DNA from: an uncultured Chloroflexia bacterium
GTDB lineage: Bacteria; Chloroflexota; Limnocylindria; Limnocylindrales; CSP1-4
Assembly (NCBI GenBank): GCA_963778155.1
Contig: CAVZTK010000021.1
Coordinates: forward strand, 392,245 to 456,244
Reading direction: 5' to 3'
DNA length: 64,000 nt
Below, piece after piece: positions 19,326 through 29,257 of this stretch (the stretch's first letter is position 1; each line of letters starts with the position of its first letter). The notes below the pieces were generated by a model. The model was not told where the DNA came from. It searched no databases and saw nothing but the letters and a program-made list of their open reading frames with translations. The translations under genes were made by a program, and so were the position numbers.

Positions 19326-21249
19326 TCAGACCGTCGCCGGCTCCGCCAGCTTCTCGATGCGGATGGCCGTCGCCTTGAACTCGGCCGTGCCCGACTTCGG
19401 GTCCGTCGCGTCGATCGTCAGGAGGTTGACCGCGACCTCGTCCTGGAAGTGCAGCGTCATGAACGTCAGGCCCGGCCGCAGCGACGGGTCGATCCGGATC
19501 GGGACCTCGACCTGGCCGCGGCGCGAGACGACCCGGACCCGCTCGCCTTCCGCCAGCCCGTAGGTCAGGCGTCCTCGGGGCTGATGTCGAGGCTCTCGCC
19601 GCGGCGCAGCGGCGAGGTGTAGCCGCCGGTCTGGACGCCGGTGTTGTACGAGTCGAGGCGGCGGCCGGTCGTCAGCCGGATCGGGAAGTCGTCGTCGAGC
19701 CGGTCGACCGGCGGGTCGTGGTCGACCGGCACGAACGGCACGCGATTGCCGGGGACCGGGTCCTCCCACAGCCGGGAGTGGAGGAACAGCTCGCCCGGAT
19801 GCGTCTCGTCGTAGCACGGCCACTGGATCCCGCCGAGCTCCTCGAGCCGCGTGTAGCTCATCCCGGCATGGACCGGCGACAGGCGTCGGACCTCGTCCCA
19901 GACGGCTTCGGCGTCGGCCTCGCCCCAGTCGTGCGCCCATCCGGTCGCGCGAGCTCGAAGATGATCGCCAGGTCGTCGCGCGCCTCGCCGGGCGGCTCGA
20001 GCGCCTTGCGGACGCGCTGGACGCGCCGCTCGGAGTTGGTGACCGTCCCCTCGGATCTCGGCCCAGGCGGCGGCGGCCGGCAGGACGACGTCGGCGAGCT
20101 CGGCGGTCTTGGTCAGGAACATGTCCTGGACGACGAGGAAGTCGAGGCCCGACAGGAGCTGCGATCGTCCGCTGCTGGTCGGCCTCGGACTGGACCGGGT
20201 TCTCGCCGATGACGTAGACCGCGGTCAGGTCGCCGCGCTCCATGGCGTCGAACATGCCCGACAGGTGCCAGCCCCGCTTGCGGGGGCACGGGGACGCCCC
20301 AGTCGGCATCGAACTTGCGCGCGCAGCGCGTCGTTCTCGACGTGCTGGAAGCCCGGCAGCCGGTCGGGCAGGGCGCCCATGTCGCCGCCGCCCTGGACGT
20401 TGTTCTGGCCGCGCAGCGGGTTGACGCCGCTGCCGTACCTGCCCGACGTGACCGGTCAGCAGCGACCAGCGAGATCAGCGCCAGCACGTTGTCGACCGCG
20501 TTGTGGTGCTCGGTGATGCCGAGCGTCCAGCAGATCATCGCGCGCGGTCGCGGTCGCGTAGGCGTGCGCCAGCTCGCGGATGGCCTCGGCCGGGACGCCC
20601 GTCTCGCGCTCGGCGTACTCGAGCGTGTACGGCTCGACCTTGGCCTTGTAGGCCTCGAAGCCGCTCGTCGCGCGGTCGATGAACTCGCGGTTCTCGAGCC
20701 CGGCGGCGATGATCTCGCGCGCCGACGGCGTTGGCCAGCGCGATGTCGCTGCCGACGTCGAGGCCGAGCCAGACGTCGGCCCACTCGGCGCGAGCTCGTC
20801 CGGCGCGGGTCGACCGCGTACAGCCGCGCGCCGCGGTGGACGCCCTTGCAGCAGGTGGTGGAAGAAGATCGGATGCGTCTCGCGGGCGTTGCTGCCCCAC
20901 AGGACGATCAGGTCCGTGTCTTCGACCTCGCGATATGAGCTTGTGCCGCCCCCGGCACCGAACACGGTCGCCAGACCGGCGACGCTAGGGGCGTGTCAGG
21001 TCCGGTTGCAGCTGTCGATGTTGTTGCTGCCCAGGACCGCCCGGCTGAACTTCTGGGCCGCGAAGTTGACCTCGTTGGTCGCCTTCGAGCAGCTGAAGAT
21101 GCCGAATGTCGTCGGGCCGTGGGCCGCCTTCGCGGCCACGAACCCGGCGACGGTCCGGCGAGCGCCTCGTCCCAGGTCGCCGGTCGGAGCTCGCCGCCCT
21201 TCGTGTCGCGGACGAGGGGCTGGGTCAGTCTCAGGTAGGGCTTCGCCAC
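19326..21249 (-). CDS. selenocysteine-containing molybdopterin formate dehydrogenase catalytic subunit (FdhF/FdsA C-terminal part; Sec codon TGA at 20996-20998), heavily frameshifted (at least 10 frame changes)
   Basis: GTG at 21249 preceded by AGGAGG: [30 protein letters not shown].. Then ..[48 protein letters not shown]-[TGA][49 protein letters not shown].. Later conserved blocks in shifting frames (..[24 protein letters not shown].., ..[16 protein letters not shown].., ..[84 protein letters not shown].., ..[30 protein letters not shown].., ..[29 protein letters not shown].., ..[70 protein letters not shown]) all align to FdhF. Confidence 0.8.
20967..20983 (-). promoter_or_regulatory. bacterial SECIS hairpin (fdhF type) 12 nt downstream of the Sec UGA
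   Basis: mRNA: UGA CACGCCCCUAGC GUCGCC-GGUCU-GGCGAC. This is a perfect 6-bp stem with a GGUCU apical loop, as in E. coli fdhF (..GCAGGUCUGC..), at the canonical distance from the UGA. Confidence 0.6.
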
Positions 21250-21365
21250 GCGGTGGCCTCCTGCGGGTTTCGACGACGTGGCGAGTGTAGCCCTCGGACG
21301 CTTGCCCGACGAGGATCCCCGACCGACCATGGGGTTGTCGGATAGCAGAGCTAGGTGCGCGATCG

Positions 21366-21881
21366 GTGATCCTCCCCAAGGTCCGGGATCCGCGGTTCAT
21401 CACGGTGCGTCGCGGTGGCAGCCTCGCGGACGACGATCATCGGTTGCTCGCGGTATGGGCGGCCGACTGCGCGGCGCACGTGCTGCACCTTTTCGAGGCG
21501 GTCCGGCCCGGCGATGACCGACCGCGCCGGGCGATCGACCTCGGCCGTGCCTGGGCGCGGGGCGACATCACATGGGCAGAGGCCCGCACAGCGGCGGGCC
21601 ACGCCAACGCCGCGGCCAGGGACCTGAGGGGCGCTGCGCGGCATGCCGCGTATGCCGCCGGACAGGCCGCCGCGGTGGGCCATGTCGCGGCCCACGAGCT
21701 CGGCGCCGCGGCCTACGCCATCAAGGCGGCGCGTGCTGCCGCGACCGACGATGAAAGCGAGGCGGCCCGCCATCTCGAGTGCCAGTGGCAGCGTGCCCAG
21801 CTCCCCGAGGAGATCCGCGAGCTGGTGCTCGACGACGAGCGGCTGCGCAACGAGCTGTGCTGGTTCGTGTTCGACCCCTGA
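21366..21881 (+). CDS. conserved hypothetical protein (171 aa)
   Basis: Intact ORF divergent from the FDH catalytic gene (MILPKVRDPRFITVRRGGSLADDDHRLLAVWAADCAAHVLHLFE...). It resembles a small family often mis-annotated as SbcC or immunity-like proteins; the assignment is uncertain. Confidence 0.5.
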   Translation: MILPKVRDPRFITVRRGGSLADDDHRLLAVWAADCAAHVLHLFEAVRPGDDRPRRAIDLGRAWARGDITWAEARTAAGHANAAARDLRGAARHAAYAAGQAAAVGHVAAHELGAAAYAIKAARAAATDDESEAARHLECQWQRAQLPEEIRELVLDDERLRNELCWFVFDP

Positions 21882-21922
21882 CCAGCCCGGTCGCGCCGCC
21901 GTCCCGCGGTGGCCGGGAACCC

Positions 21923-24101
21923 TCAGCGGTCGTCGTCGCGGTTCGGTGGGGCCAGGAAGACGCGGAACAGGACGATGAAGCTCACGATCAGGGTGATGCC
22001 GAAGGCGATCATCGCCAGGTAGGCGAACCCCTGGAACTGCGTCAGCGATGGCTGGAGCAGGATGGCCATCACGATGGCCGTCCCGATCAGCTGGCCGACG
22101 ACGATCACCCCGACCGTCGCCTGGCGCCCGATGTCGCTCACGCTCGAGATCGACTTCTCGAGCCCCTTGGTGTCCACCTCGACAACGAACTTGCCCTTGT
22201 TGTACTGGTCGAGCCAGCTGAGGGTCGCGCTCTCGAGTGACGGGAGCCGTCGAGCGAGCTCCTTGCCGATCCGGACCGCGCTGCCCTGGACCTGCTTCTG
22301 GATCTTGTCGGGGGTGAACGATTCGAGCAGGGCGGCCCTGGCCTCGGTCACGGCCGCATCGCCCAGGTCGATGTCGAACGACAGCGCGCGGGCCGTCTCC
22401 TCGGCCTGGATGACCGCCTTCATCGCCAGCGTCAGCTGGCTGTCGAGCTGCAACCCGTTGTTGAAGACCGCACCGAGGAAGGCACCGAGCGCGTCCCCGA
22501 GTGACGAGGCCTTGCCGTAGACGAGGTACTGGCGGGCAAGCCGGTCGATGTCGGCGCGAAATCCCGCCTCGTCGAAGCCGCGGGAGGGCTTGCCGAGCGC
22601 GAGGAGGCCGTCACCGATCCCGGGGATGTCGACCTCCTTGATCGAGTAGATCAGCCCGAGCAGGTCGACTCGCTGCTGTGACGTGAGCTGGCCGACAAGA
22701 CCCAGGTCGAGGAACACGATCTGGCCCGTCTCCGGCACCACGAAGACATTGCCGGGGTGCGGGTCGCCGTGGAAGAACCCGTCGATCAGGACCTGCTTGA
22801 TGATCGCCCGGATGAACACAGTGCCCAGCTCGGTCGTATCGAAGCCCGCGGCACGGATCTCATCGGCCTTGGAGATCTTGATGCCGTGGATGAACTCCTC
22901 GGTCTTGACCCGCTGGCCCGAGAATTCGTCGTAGACGATCGGCACGTGGATCTGCGGGAACCGCTGCATCCCGTCGGCGAGCCGCTTCGCGTAGTACGCC
23001 TCGTTGCGGTAGTCGAGCTCCTTGAGCACGCCCTGGGCGAACTCGCGGACGATCCCCTGGAGGCCGATCTTGCGGGCGATGGCGAGCCGCTGCTCGGCGA
23101 CACCGGCGAGCTGCTGCGCGACGCCCAGGTCGGCCTGCGTCTTGGCCACGATCCTCGGCCGCTGGACCTTGACCGCGACGAGCGTCCCGTCCATGAGCCG
23201 CGCCTCGTGGACCTGTGCTGTCGATGCGGCGGCGAAGGGGACCGGGTCGAACGTCTGGTACAGCTCCTCTGGCGGCTTGCCGAGCTCCTTGACGATGGTG
23301 GCGACCACGTCCTCGTAGGCGAACGGCTGCCGCGTCGCTCTGGAGCTTGGACAGCTCCTCGATCCATTCAGGCGGCAGGATGTCGCTCCGGCTGGCCATC
23401 ATCTGGCCGATCTTCACGTAGGTCGGACCGAGCTGCTGGAGCATCTGCCGGATGCGCGCGGGCGCCGTCTCGTCGGTGAGGTCCGGCGTCTCGCCGAGGA
23501 CCCGGCGCGCGAACCAGCGCCGGACGTCGCCGACCGGCGTGTCGGCCAGCGCGATGTCGAGGCTGGTCGTGTAGATGGCGCTGTAGACCTGCTGCAGCCG
23601 GAGGTTCTCGATGATCGCGTTCCGCCGCGGCGTGGGCAGGCGCTCGAGGAAGCCCCAGATCCCGCGGCTGCGGTCGGCCGACAGATCCGGCCGGTTCAAG
23701 CCGAGCACGGCTTCGGTCACGGTGGAGAGGGCCGTGTACAACGCCGCGCCGACGATGATCCACAGGAACACGGGGTCCGCGACGATGCCGATCTTGATCG
23801 GGGCGATGATCGAGGTGATCCAGATCGCGATGGCATTGATGATCACGACGAACAGGCCGAGCGTGGTGAACAGCAGCCGGCCGAACAGGGCGACCAGGAC
23901 GGGCCGGGCGAACCGGTTGACCAGGACGAGGACCGCCGCCCACGTCGCGAAGCCGATGATCCCGGCGCCACGGAGCGCCACGATCGGGGCGCTGTTCGGG
24001 CCGAACGGGAACGGTTGATTGATCGAGATGACGCCGAAGAACAGGACGATGACCGCGAGGAGGACCGTGTCGATCACGACCTCGACCAGGAAACGACGCA
24101 T
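21923..24101 (-). CDS. UbiB/ABC1-family atypical kinase with an N-terminal four-TM (PF04020 holin-IV-like) domain, with a frameshift near 23330
   Basis: N-terminal MRRFLVEVVIDTVLLAVIVLFFGV...(4 TM), then ..LQQLGPTYVKIGQMMASRSDILPPEWIEELSKLQ in the 22860 frame. It continues in the 21923 frame (..VATIVKELGKPPEELYQTFDPVPFAAASTAQVHEARL...DGFFHGDPHPGNVFV..DLGLVG..) with C-terminal TM helices. Confidence 0.75.
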
Positions 24102-24193
24102 GCTGCCCCCTTCTCGGCGGTCCGGCCGCGACGACGGTCTCGCGGCGATCCATTGTCGCGCGGCCGCGGGTCACCCGTCGGGCCGGGCGACGG

Positions 24194-25259
24194 TCAGACG
24201 AGGCTGACCCCGGGCTCCCCGGCGGCCACGCTCCCGATCCACCAGCGCTCGACACCTGCGGCGTCGAATGCCGCCTCCAGCGCATCGACGCTGTCGGGCG
24301 CGACCGCCGCGAGGAGACCGCCCGACGTCTGCGGATCGTGGGCCAGCGTGACGAGGTCGGCCGGCACATCGGCGCCGACCGCGAGGGAGCCCGCGACGAA
24401 GCGGCGGTTGTGGGCCGCACCGCCGGTCTCGACGCCGGCCGCCGCGAGGTCGCGCGCGCCGGCGAGGGCGGGCAGGGCCGCTGCCTCGAACAGGAACCGG
24501 GTCCCCGACGCACGCGCCATCTCGAGGCCGTGGCCGAGCAGGCCGAAGCCGGTGACGTCGGTCGCCGCGGAGATGCCGGCCGCGACGAGCACCTCGGACG
24601 CCGTCCGGTTGAGGCGGCGCATCCCGGCGATCGCGGCGGCCAGGTCAGCCGCGCTGGTCCTGCCCTGGCGCGAGCCCGACACGAGGACGCCGGTGCCGAG
24701 CGGCTTCGTCAGCACGAGCCTGATCGCCCGGCCGGGCGCCGCCCTTGCGCAGCAGCCTGTCGGGGTGTGCCGCACCGATGACGGCCAGCCCGTACTTGGG
24801 TTCGGGGTCGCGGATCGTGTGGCCGCCCGCCAGCGTGCCACCCGCCTCGCGGACCGTGGCCGACGCACCCGCGAAGATCTCGGTCATGATCTCGCGCGGC
24901 AGCTCCTCGGGGAATGCCGCGATCGACAGCGCGAACAGGACCCGGCCGCCCATCGCGAACACGTCCGACAGGGCATTCGCCGCGGCGATCTCACCGAACG
25001 TCCTCGGGTCGTCAACGAGCGGCGGGAAGAAGTCGAGCGTTCCGATGATGGCGAGGTCGTCACCCACCCGGTAGACGGCGGCGTCGTCGGGCGGATCGAG
25101 GCCGGCGATCAGCGAAGCGTCCGGATCGGCGGCGGCCTCCGCTCCGAGCCCGGCCAGCGCCTCGGCCAGCAGGTCCGCCCCGAGCTTCGCGGCGCAGCCG
25201 CCGCAATCGGTCAGGTCGGTGAGGCGGATGGGGTCGGTCTCGATGGCGGTCATGAGCAC
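24194..25259 (-). CDS. selD: selenide, water dikinase SelD (selenophosphate synthetase), Cys form, with a frameshift near 24720
   Basis: MLMTAIETDPIRLTDLTDCGGCAAKLGADLLAE..AVYRVGDDLAIIGTLDFFPPLVDDPRTFGEIAAANALSDVFAMGG.. (24645 frame) continues as ..RLVLTKPLGTGVLVSG...TDVTGFGLLGHGLEMARASG.. (24194 frame). Confidence 0.85.
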
Positions 25260-25280
25260 GATGATAGGGCTACCATCGCG

Positions 25281-25376
25281 CCGGGAGCGGTCGGGTCCCG
25301 GTGGGTCCCCTGGTCTTCAAAACCAGTGGCGCGGCGCTCGGCGCGGCGCGGTGGGTTCGACTCCCACGCGTTCCCG
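25281..25376 (+). tRNA. selC: tRNA-Sec (anticodon UCA), 96 nt plus encoded CCA (to 25379)
   Basis: GGGAGCGGTCGGGTCCCGGTGGGTCCCCTGGTCTTCAAAACCAGTGGCGCGGCGCTCGGCGCGGCGCGGTGGGTTCGACTCCCACGCGTTCCCGCCA: 8-bp acceptor stem, long variable arm, anticodon loop cT-TCA-Aa, T-loop GGTTCGACTCC. It sits between selD and selA. Confidence 0.85.
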
Positions 25377-25393
25377 CCACGGAGGACCTCGAC

Positions 25394-26802
25394 TTGTCCG
25401 AACGCCCACGACCACCGAGCGTCGAGCGACTGCTGACGGTCGTGCGCCCGCGGCTCGGCGCCGACGTCGCACCCGATGCGCTCGCGGCGGTGGCACGCGA
25501 GGTCATCGCCGACGAGCGCGCCCGTCTCGACGACGGGGGAGCCGCCGACGCCGGCCGGCCTTGACGTGTTGGCGGCGACGGTCGTGGCACGACTTGCGGC
25601 CTTCGCCGACCCGGCGGGGAGCGGCCTGACCCCCGTCCTCAACGCGACCGGCGTCGTGCTGCACACGAACCTGGGCCGAGCACCGTGGCCACGGGTCGCG
25701 ATCGAGGCCGCGATGCGGGCGGCGGGTGGCTACTCGCTGCTCGAGTTCGAGCGCGAGGCCGGCCGCCGCGGACCGCGCTTCCGGGTCGCCGAGGAGCACC
25801 TCATCGCGCTGACCGGGGCCGAGGATGCGCTGGTCACGATCAACAACGCGGCGGCGGTCGCGCTGGCGGTCGGGCTGGCCGGGACGCACGGGGTCGCGGT
25901 CTCGCGCGGCGAGCTCGTCGAGATCGGCGGTGGCGTGCGGATCCCCGAGATCGTGCGGCGGACCGGCGCCCGGCTCGTCGAGGTCGGGCACCACCAATCG
26001 GACACGCGCGGGCGACTTCGAGGCGTCGCTGGCCGACGGCCGCGCGACGGTCGTCCTCCGCGTCCATCCATCGAACTTCGCCCAGACCGGCTTCGTCGAG
26101 GCGCCCGACCCGATCGAGCTCGCACGCCTCGCCCACGCGCACGGCGCGATCGTCATCGACGACCTCGGGAGCGGCGCGCTGCTCGAGACGTCCGTGTTCG
26201 GGTTGGCCCACGAGCCGACGCCGCGCGAGCGGCTGGCTGCCGGCGCCGACCTCGTCACGTTCAGTGGCGACAAGCTGGTCGGCGGGCCACAGGCGGGGCT
26301 CATCGTGGGGCGGGCCGACCTCATCGCCCGGATCCGGAAGGACCCGCTCGCCCGCGCGGTCCGGCCGGAGAAGGTGACGCTGGCCGCGCTGGCCGCGACC
26401 CTGGGCCTGTATCGGGCGGGTCGTGCGGTCGCGGACATCCCCGTCTGGCAGATGATCGCGGCCACGCCCGGGACGCTCGGGAGACGCGCCGATGCGCTGC
26501 TCGCCGGGTTGCCGTCCCAGGCCCGGGCACGCGTGTCCGTGACCGAGATGGACTCGGCGGTCGGCGGCGGGTCGCTGCCCGGCGAGACGCTCGAGTCGGT
26601 CGGCCTGGTCGTGACCGGGGGCGGCCCCGACGCGCTCGCGCGCAGGCTTCGGACGGGCGATCCGGCCGTCGTCGCCCGGGTCCAGGACGGCGCGGTGCTG
26701 CTCGACCTGCGGACGATCGATCCGGCCGACGACGCGGCGCTCGGGGCGGCCCTGGCCCGGGCGCTCGCCCCGCGTGATCGTCGCGCCGCCGACCCGGGAT
26801 GA
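25394..26802 (+). CDS. selA: L-seryl-tRNA(Sec) selenium transferase SelA, with frameshifts near 25560 and near 25990
   Basis: TTG at 25394 with GGAGGA 7 nt upstream. Blocks ..[18 protein letters not shown].., ..[14 protein letters not shown].. and ..[40 protein letters not shown]...[18 protein letters not shown].. lie in three frames. The PLP-Lys motif FSGDKL is present. The stop overlaps the selB ATG (ATGA). Confidence 0.85.
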
Positions 26803-28674
26803 CCGTCGTCGTCGGGACCGCGGGGCACATCGACCACGGCAAGACCACGCTCCTGCGGGCGCTGACCGGGATCGACGCCGACCGTCTGCCCGAAGAGCGG
26901 CGGCGGGGGATGACCATCGACGTCGGCTATGCCCACCTGATCCTGTCCAGTGGCGAGGCCATCGATTTCGTCGACGTCCCGGGCCACGACCGGCTGGTCG
27001 GCAACATGCTGGTCGGGGCCGGCGAGATCGACGCCGCACTGCTGGTCGTGGCCGCCGACGACGGCCCGCGCGCCCAGACGGTCGAGCACCTCGCGCTGCT
27101 CGACGCGCTCGGCGATCCGCGACGGCATCGCGGTCGTGACCAAGGCCGACGTCGCCGGCCCGGAGCGGACGGCCGAGGTGGTGGCCGCCGTCGGCCGGCT
27201 GCTCGACGGGACGTCGCTGGCCGGCTCGCCGGTCGTGGCGGTCTCGGCGGTGAGTGGCGAGGGGCTGGGGGCGGTGCGGATCGCGCTCGCGGACCTCAGC
27301 GCGCGGGTCGCCATGCGGGCGGCGGGTTCGGTGCCGGTCACGACGGCCGCCGGTGCGCGCCTCGCCATCGATCGCGTCTTCGCGGTCAAGGGTCGTGGCG
27401 TGGTCGTGACCGGCACGCTGCGCGGCGGATCGATTGCCCGAGGCGCCGTCCTGCGTCTCGTGCCCGGCGACGGGTCCGCCCGCGTCCGCGAGGTCCAGGT
27501 CCACAACGCCCCCGTCGAGGTCGCCGGGCCGGGTCGCACCGCGCTGAACCTCGCCGGAGTCGACGCGGGCGATCTCCATCGCGGCCTGGTCCTGACCGAC
27601 GACCCGTCCGTCCTGGTGAGCGACCGGATCCTCGTCAGGCTCGCCTCGGTCCTGCCCGACCGCGCTCGGGCCCGGGTCCACCTCGGGACAGCAGCCGCAG
27701 ATGCGAGCGTGGGACGGAACGGGCGCGACGCCCTCGAGCTGCCCGACGGGACGAGCGGCGCCATCGTTCGCCTCGCGACGCCCGTCGCGGTCGCGGCGGG
27801 CGACCGCCTGGTGCTGCGCCGAACGTCGGGTGCGGAACGGATCGTCGGGGCGGTCGTGCTCGATTCGGTGCCGGCTCGCGGCATCTCGCGCCGCCGTCAG
27901 ACGCCGGAGCGGGTCACTCGGCTCAGCGCCGCCGTCGAGGCCGGCGACGGTCCGGCGATCGAGGCTGCCAGGCTCGACCTCCACGGGGTGCTCCCGCCGA
28001 TCGGGCCCGGACCGCTCCGGATCGCCGCGGACATCGAGACCGCGGCCGAAGATCACGTGCTGACCGCGGTCGATCCGGAGCTGGACCTGCCCGGGGCTCG
28101 GGTGGTCGCCGCGACGGCACTCCGCCGGCGCGCGACGATCGACCGTTCCGCCGCCGCAACGGCCGGGGCCGCCCTCGTCGACCGGCTCGTCACGGACGGC
28201 CGGCTGGTCCGTGACGGGGCGACGGTCCGCCGGCCGGGGGCCGGTCCGCTCCCGCCGGTCCCGGACCCCACGCTCGCCGCCGCGATGACTCGCCTGGAAA
28301 GCGCTCTCGCGGTCACCGCGCCGCCACCGCTGGCGAACGCCGCGCGAGCAGCCGGCTGCCCGCCCGACGCCGTCCGCGCACTCGAGCGGGCCGGCCGGAT
28401 CGTCGTCCTCGAGCCGGACCTCGCCTACACGACCTCGACCTATCGCGAGATCGCGGCGATCGCCGTCGACGCCGCCCGCCGCGGACCGCTGACCCCGGCG
28501 GCGCTGCGTGATGCCACCGGGTCGAGCCGGAAATACGTGATGGCCATCCTGGCCGACCTCGACCGGCGCGGGATCCTGCGCCGGACCCCGGACGGCCATC
28601 TGCCCGGGCCGAGGGCCAACACGGGCATCGGCGCCGAGGCTGCCGGGAGCGGCACCCTGACCAAAGCCCGATGA
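26799..28674 (+). CDS. selB: selenocysteine-specific translation elongation factor SelB, with a frameshift near 27110
   Basis: [71 protein letters not shown]-(one extra G)[13 protein letters not shown].., EF-Tu-like domains II/III, and C-terminal winged-helix SECIS-binding domains (..[21 protein letters not shown]..). Confidence 0.9.
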
Positions 28675-29255
28675 CCCGCGCCGACGTGACCGCGATCGTG
28701 CTGGCCGGCGGCCGATCGAGCCGGTTCGGTCGCGACAAGCTCGCCGAGCCGATCGACGGCCGCCCACTGCTCCATCACGCCATCGAGGCCGTCCGCCCCG
28801 TCGCCGGTCGGATCCTCGTGGTCGTCGCACCCGATGCCGCGCCGATCCTGCCGACGGGCACGACGTTGATCCACGACCCGACTCCTTTCGACGGGCCGCT
28901 CGCCGGCCTGCTCGCAGGCCTGCGTGCCGCCTCCGACCCGGTCGTGGTCGCGATCGGTGGCGACACGCCGGCGCTCGTCGCCGCGGTCATCGGGTCGATG
29001 CTCGTCGCGCTCGACTCCTCGGGCGTCGACGCGGTCGTCCTCGAGCACCACGGCCGCGCACGGCCGCTGCCCATCGTCCTCCGCCGCGAGCCGGCGGTCG
29101 CCGCGGCGTCGAGCCTCCGTGCCAATGGTGAACGGCGGCTGCGGGCGATGACCGAGGTCCTTGCCACCGAGCTCGTCCCCGAGGCAGCCTGGCGATCGCT
29201 CGACCCGGACGGCGTGACCCTCCGCGACATCGACACGCTCGCCGACCTGCCGTAG
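28671..29255 (+). CDS. mobA: molybdenum cofactor guanylyltransferase MobA
   Basis: Intact 194-aa ORF (..AIVLAGGRSSRFGRDKL..LIHDP..GPLAGL..), in an ATGA overlap with selB. Confidence 0.85.
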   Translation: MTRADVTAIVLAGGRSSRFGRDKLAEPIDGRPLLHHAIEAVRPVAGRILVVVAPDAAPILPTGTTLIHDPTPFDGPLAGLLAGLRAASDPVVVAIGGDTPALVAAVIGSMLVALDSSGVDAVVLEHHGRARPLPIVLRREPAVAAASSLRANGERRLRAMTEVLATELVPEAAWRSLDPDGVTLRDIDTLADLP

Positions 29256-29257
29256 AC

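Noticed and set aside
20996-20998. TGA read as a premature stop, truncating the FDH catalytic ORF at ..NNIDSCNRT
   Set aside because: The same frame continues with the canonical post-Sec sequence HAPSVAGL... and an fdhF-like SECIS hairpin follows. It is therefore interpreted as a selenocysteine codon, not a nonsense mutation.
9033-21330. Possibility that the two FDH alpha pieces result from a chimeric assembly joining unrelated contigs
   Set aside because: Not fully excluded. It is disfavoured because the N-piece ends with a clean stop right at a domain linker and the C-piece has its own RBS (AGGAGG) and GTG start. Both flanks are embedded in coherent operons (nuoEF-like upstream; a divergent conserved hypothetical gene and a convergent cupredoxin around the C-piece).
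25301-25564. ORF start at 25301 for selA
   Set aside because: It begins inside the tRNA-Sec gene (25281-25376). A TTG at 25394 with a GGAGGA RBS immediately after the tRNA is the more plausible selA start.
25503-28830. Two giant minus-strand ORFs (793 aa and 996 aa) opposite selA/selB
   Set aside because: The plus strand here encodes clearly recognisable SelA and SelB. The minus-strand ORFs are antisense artefacts with extreme Arg/Pro/Gly bias.
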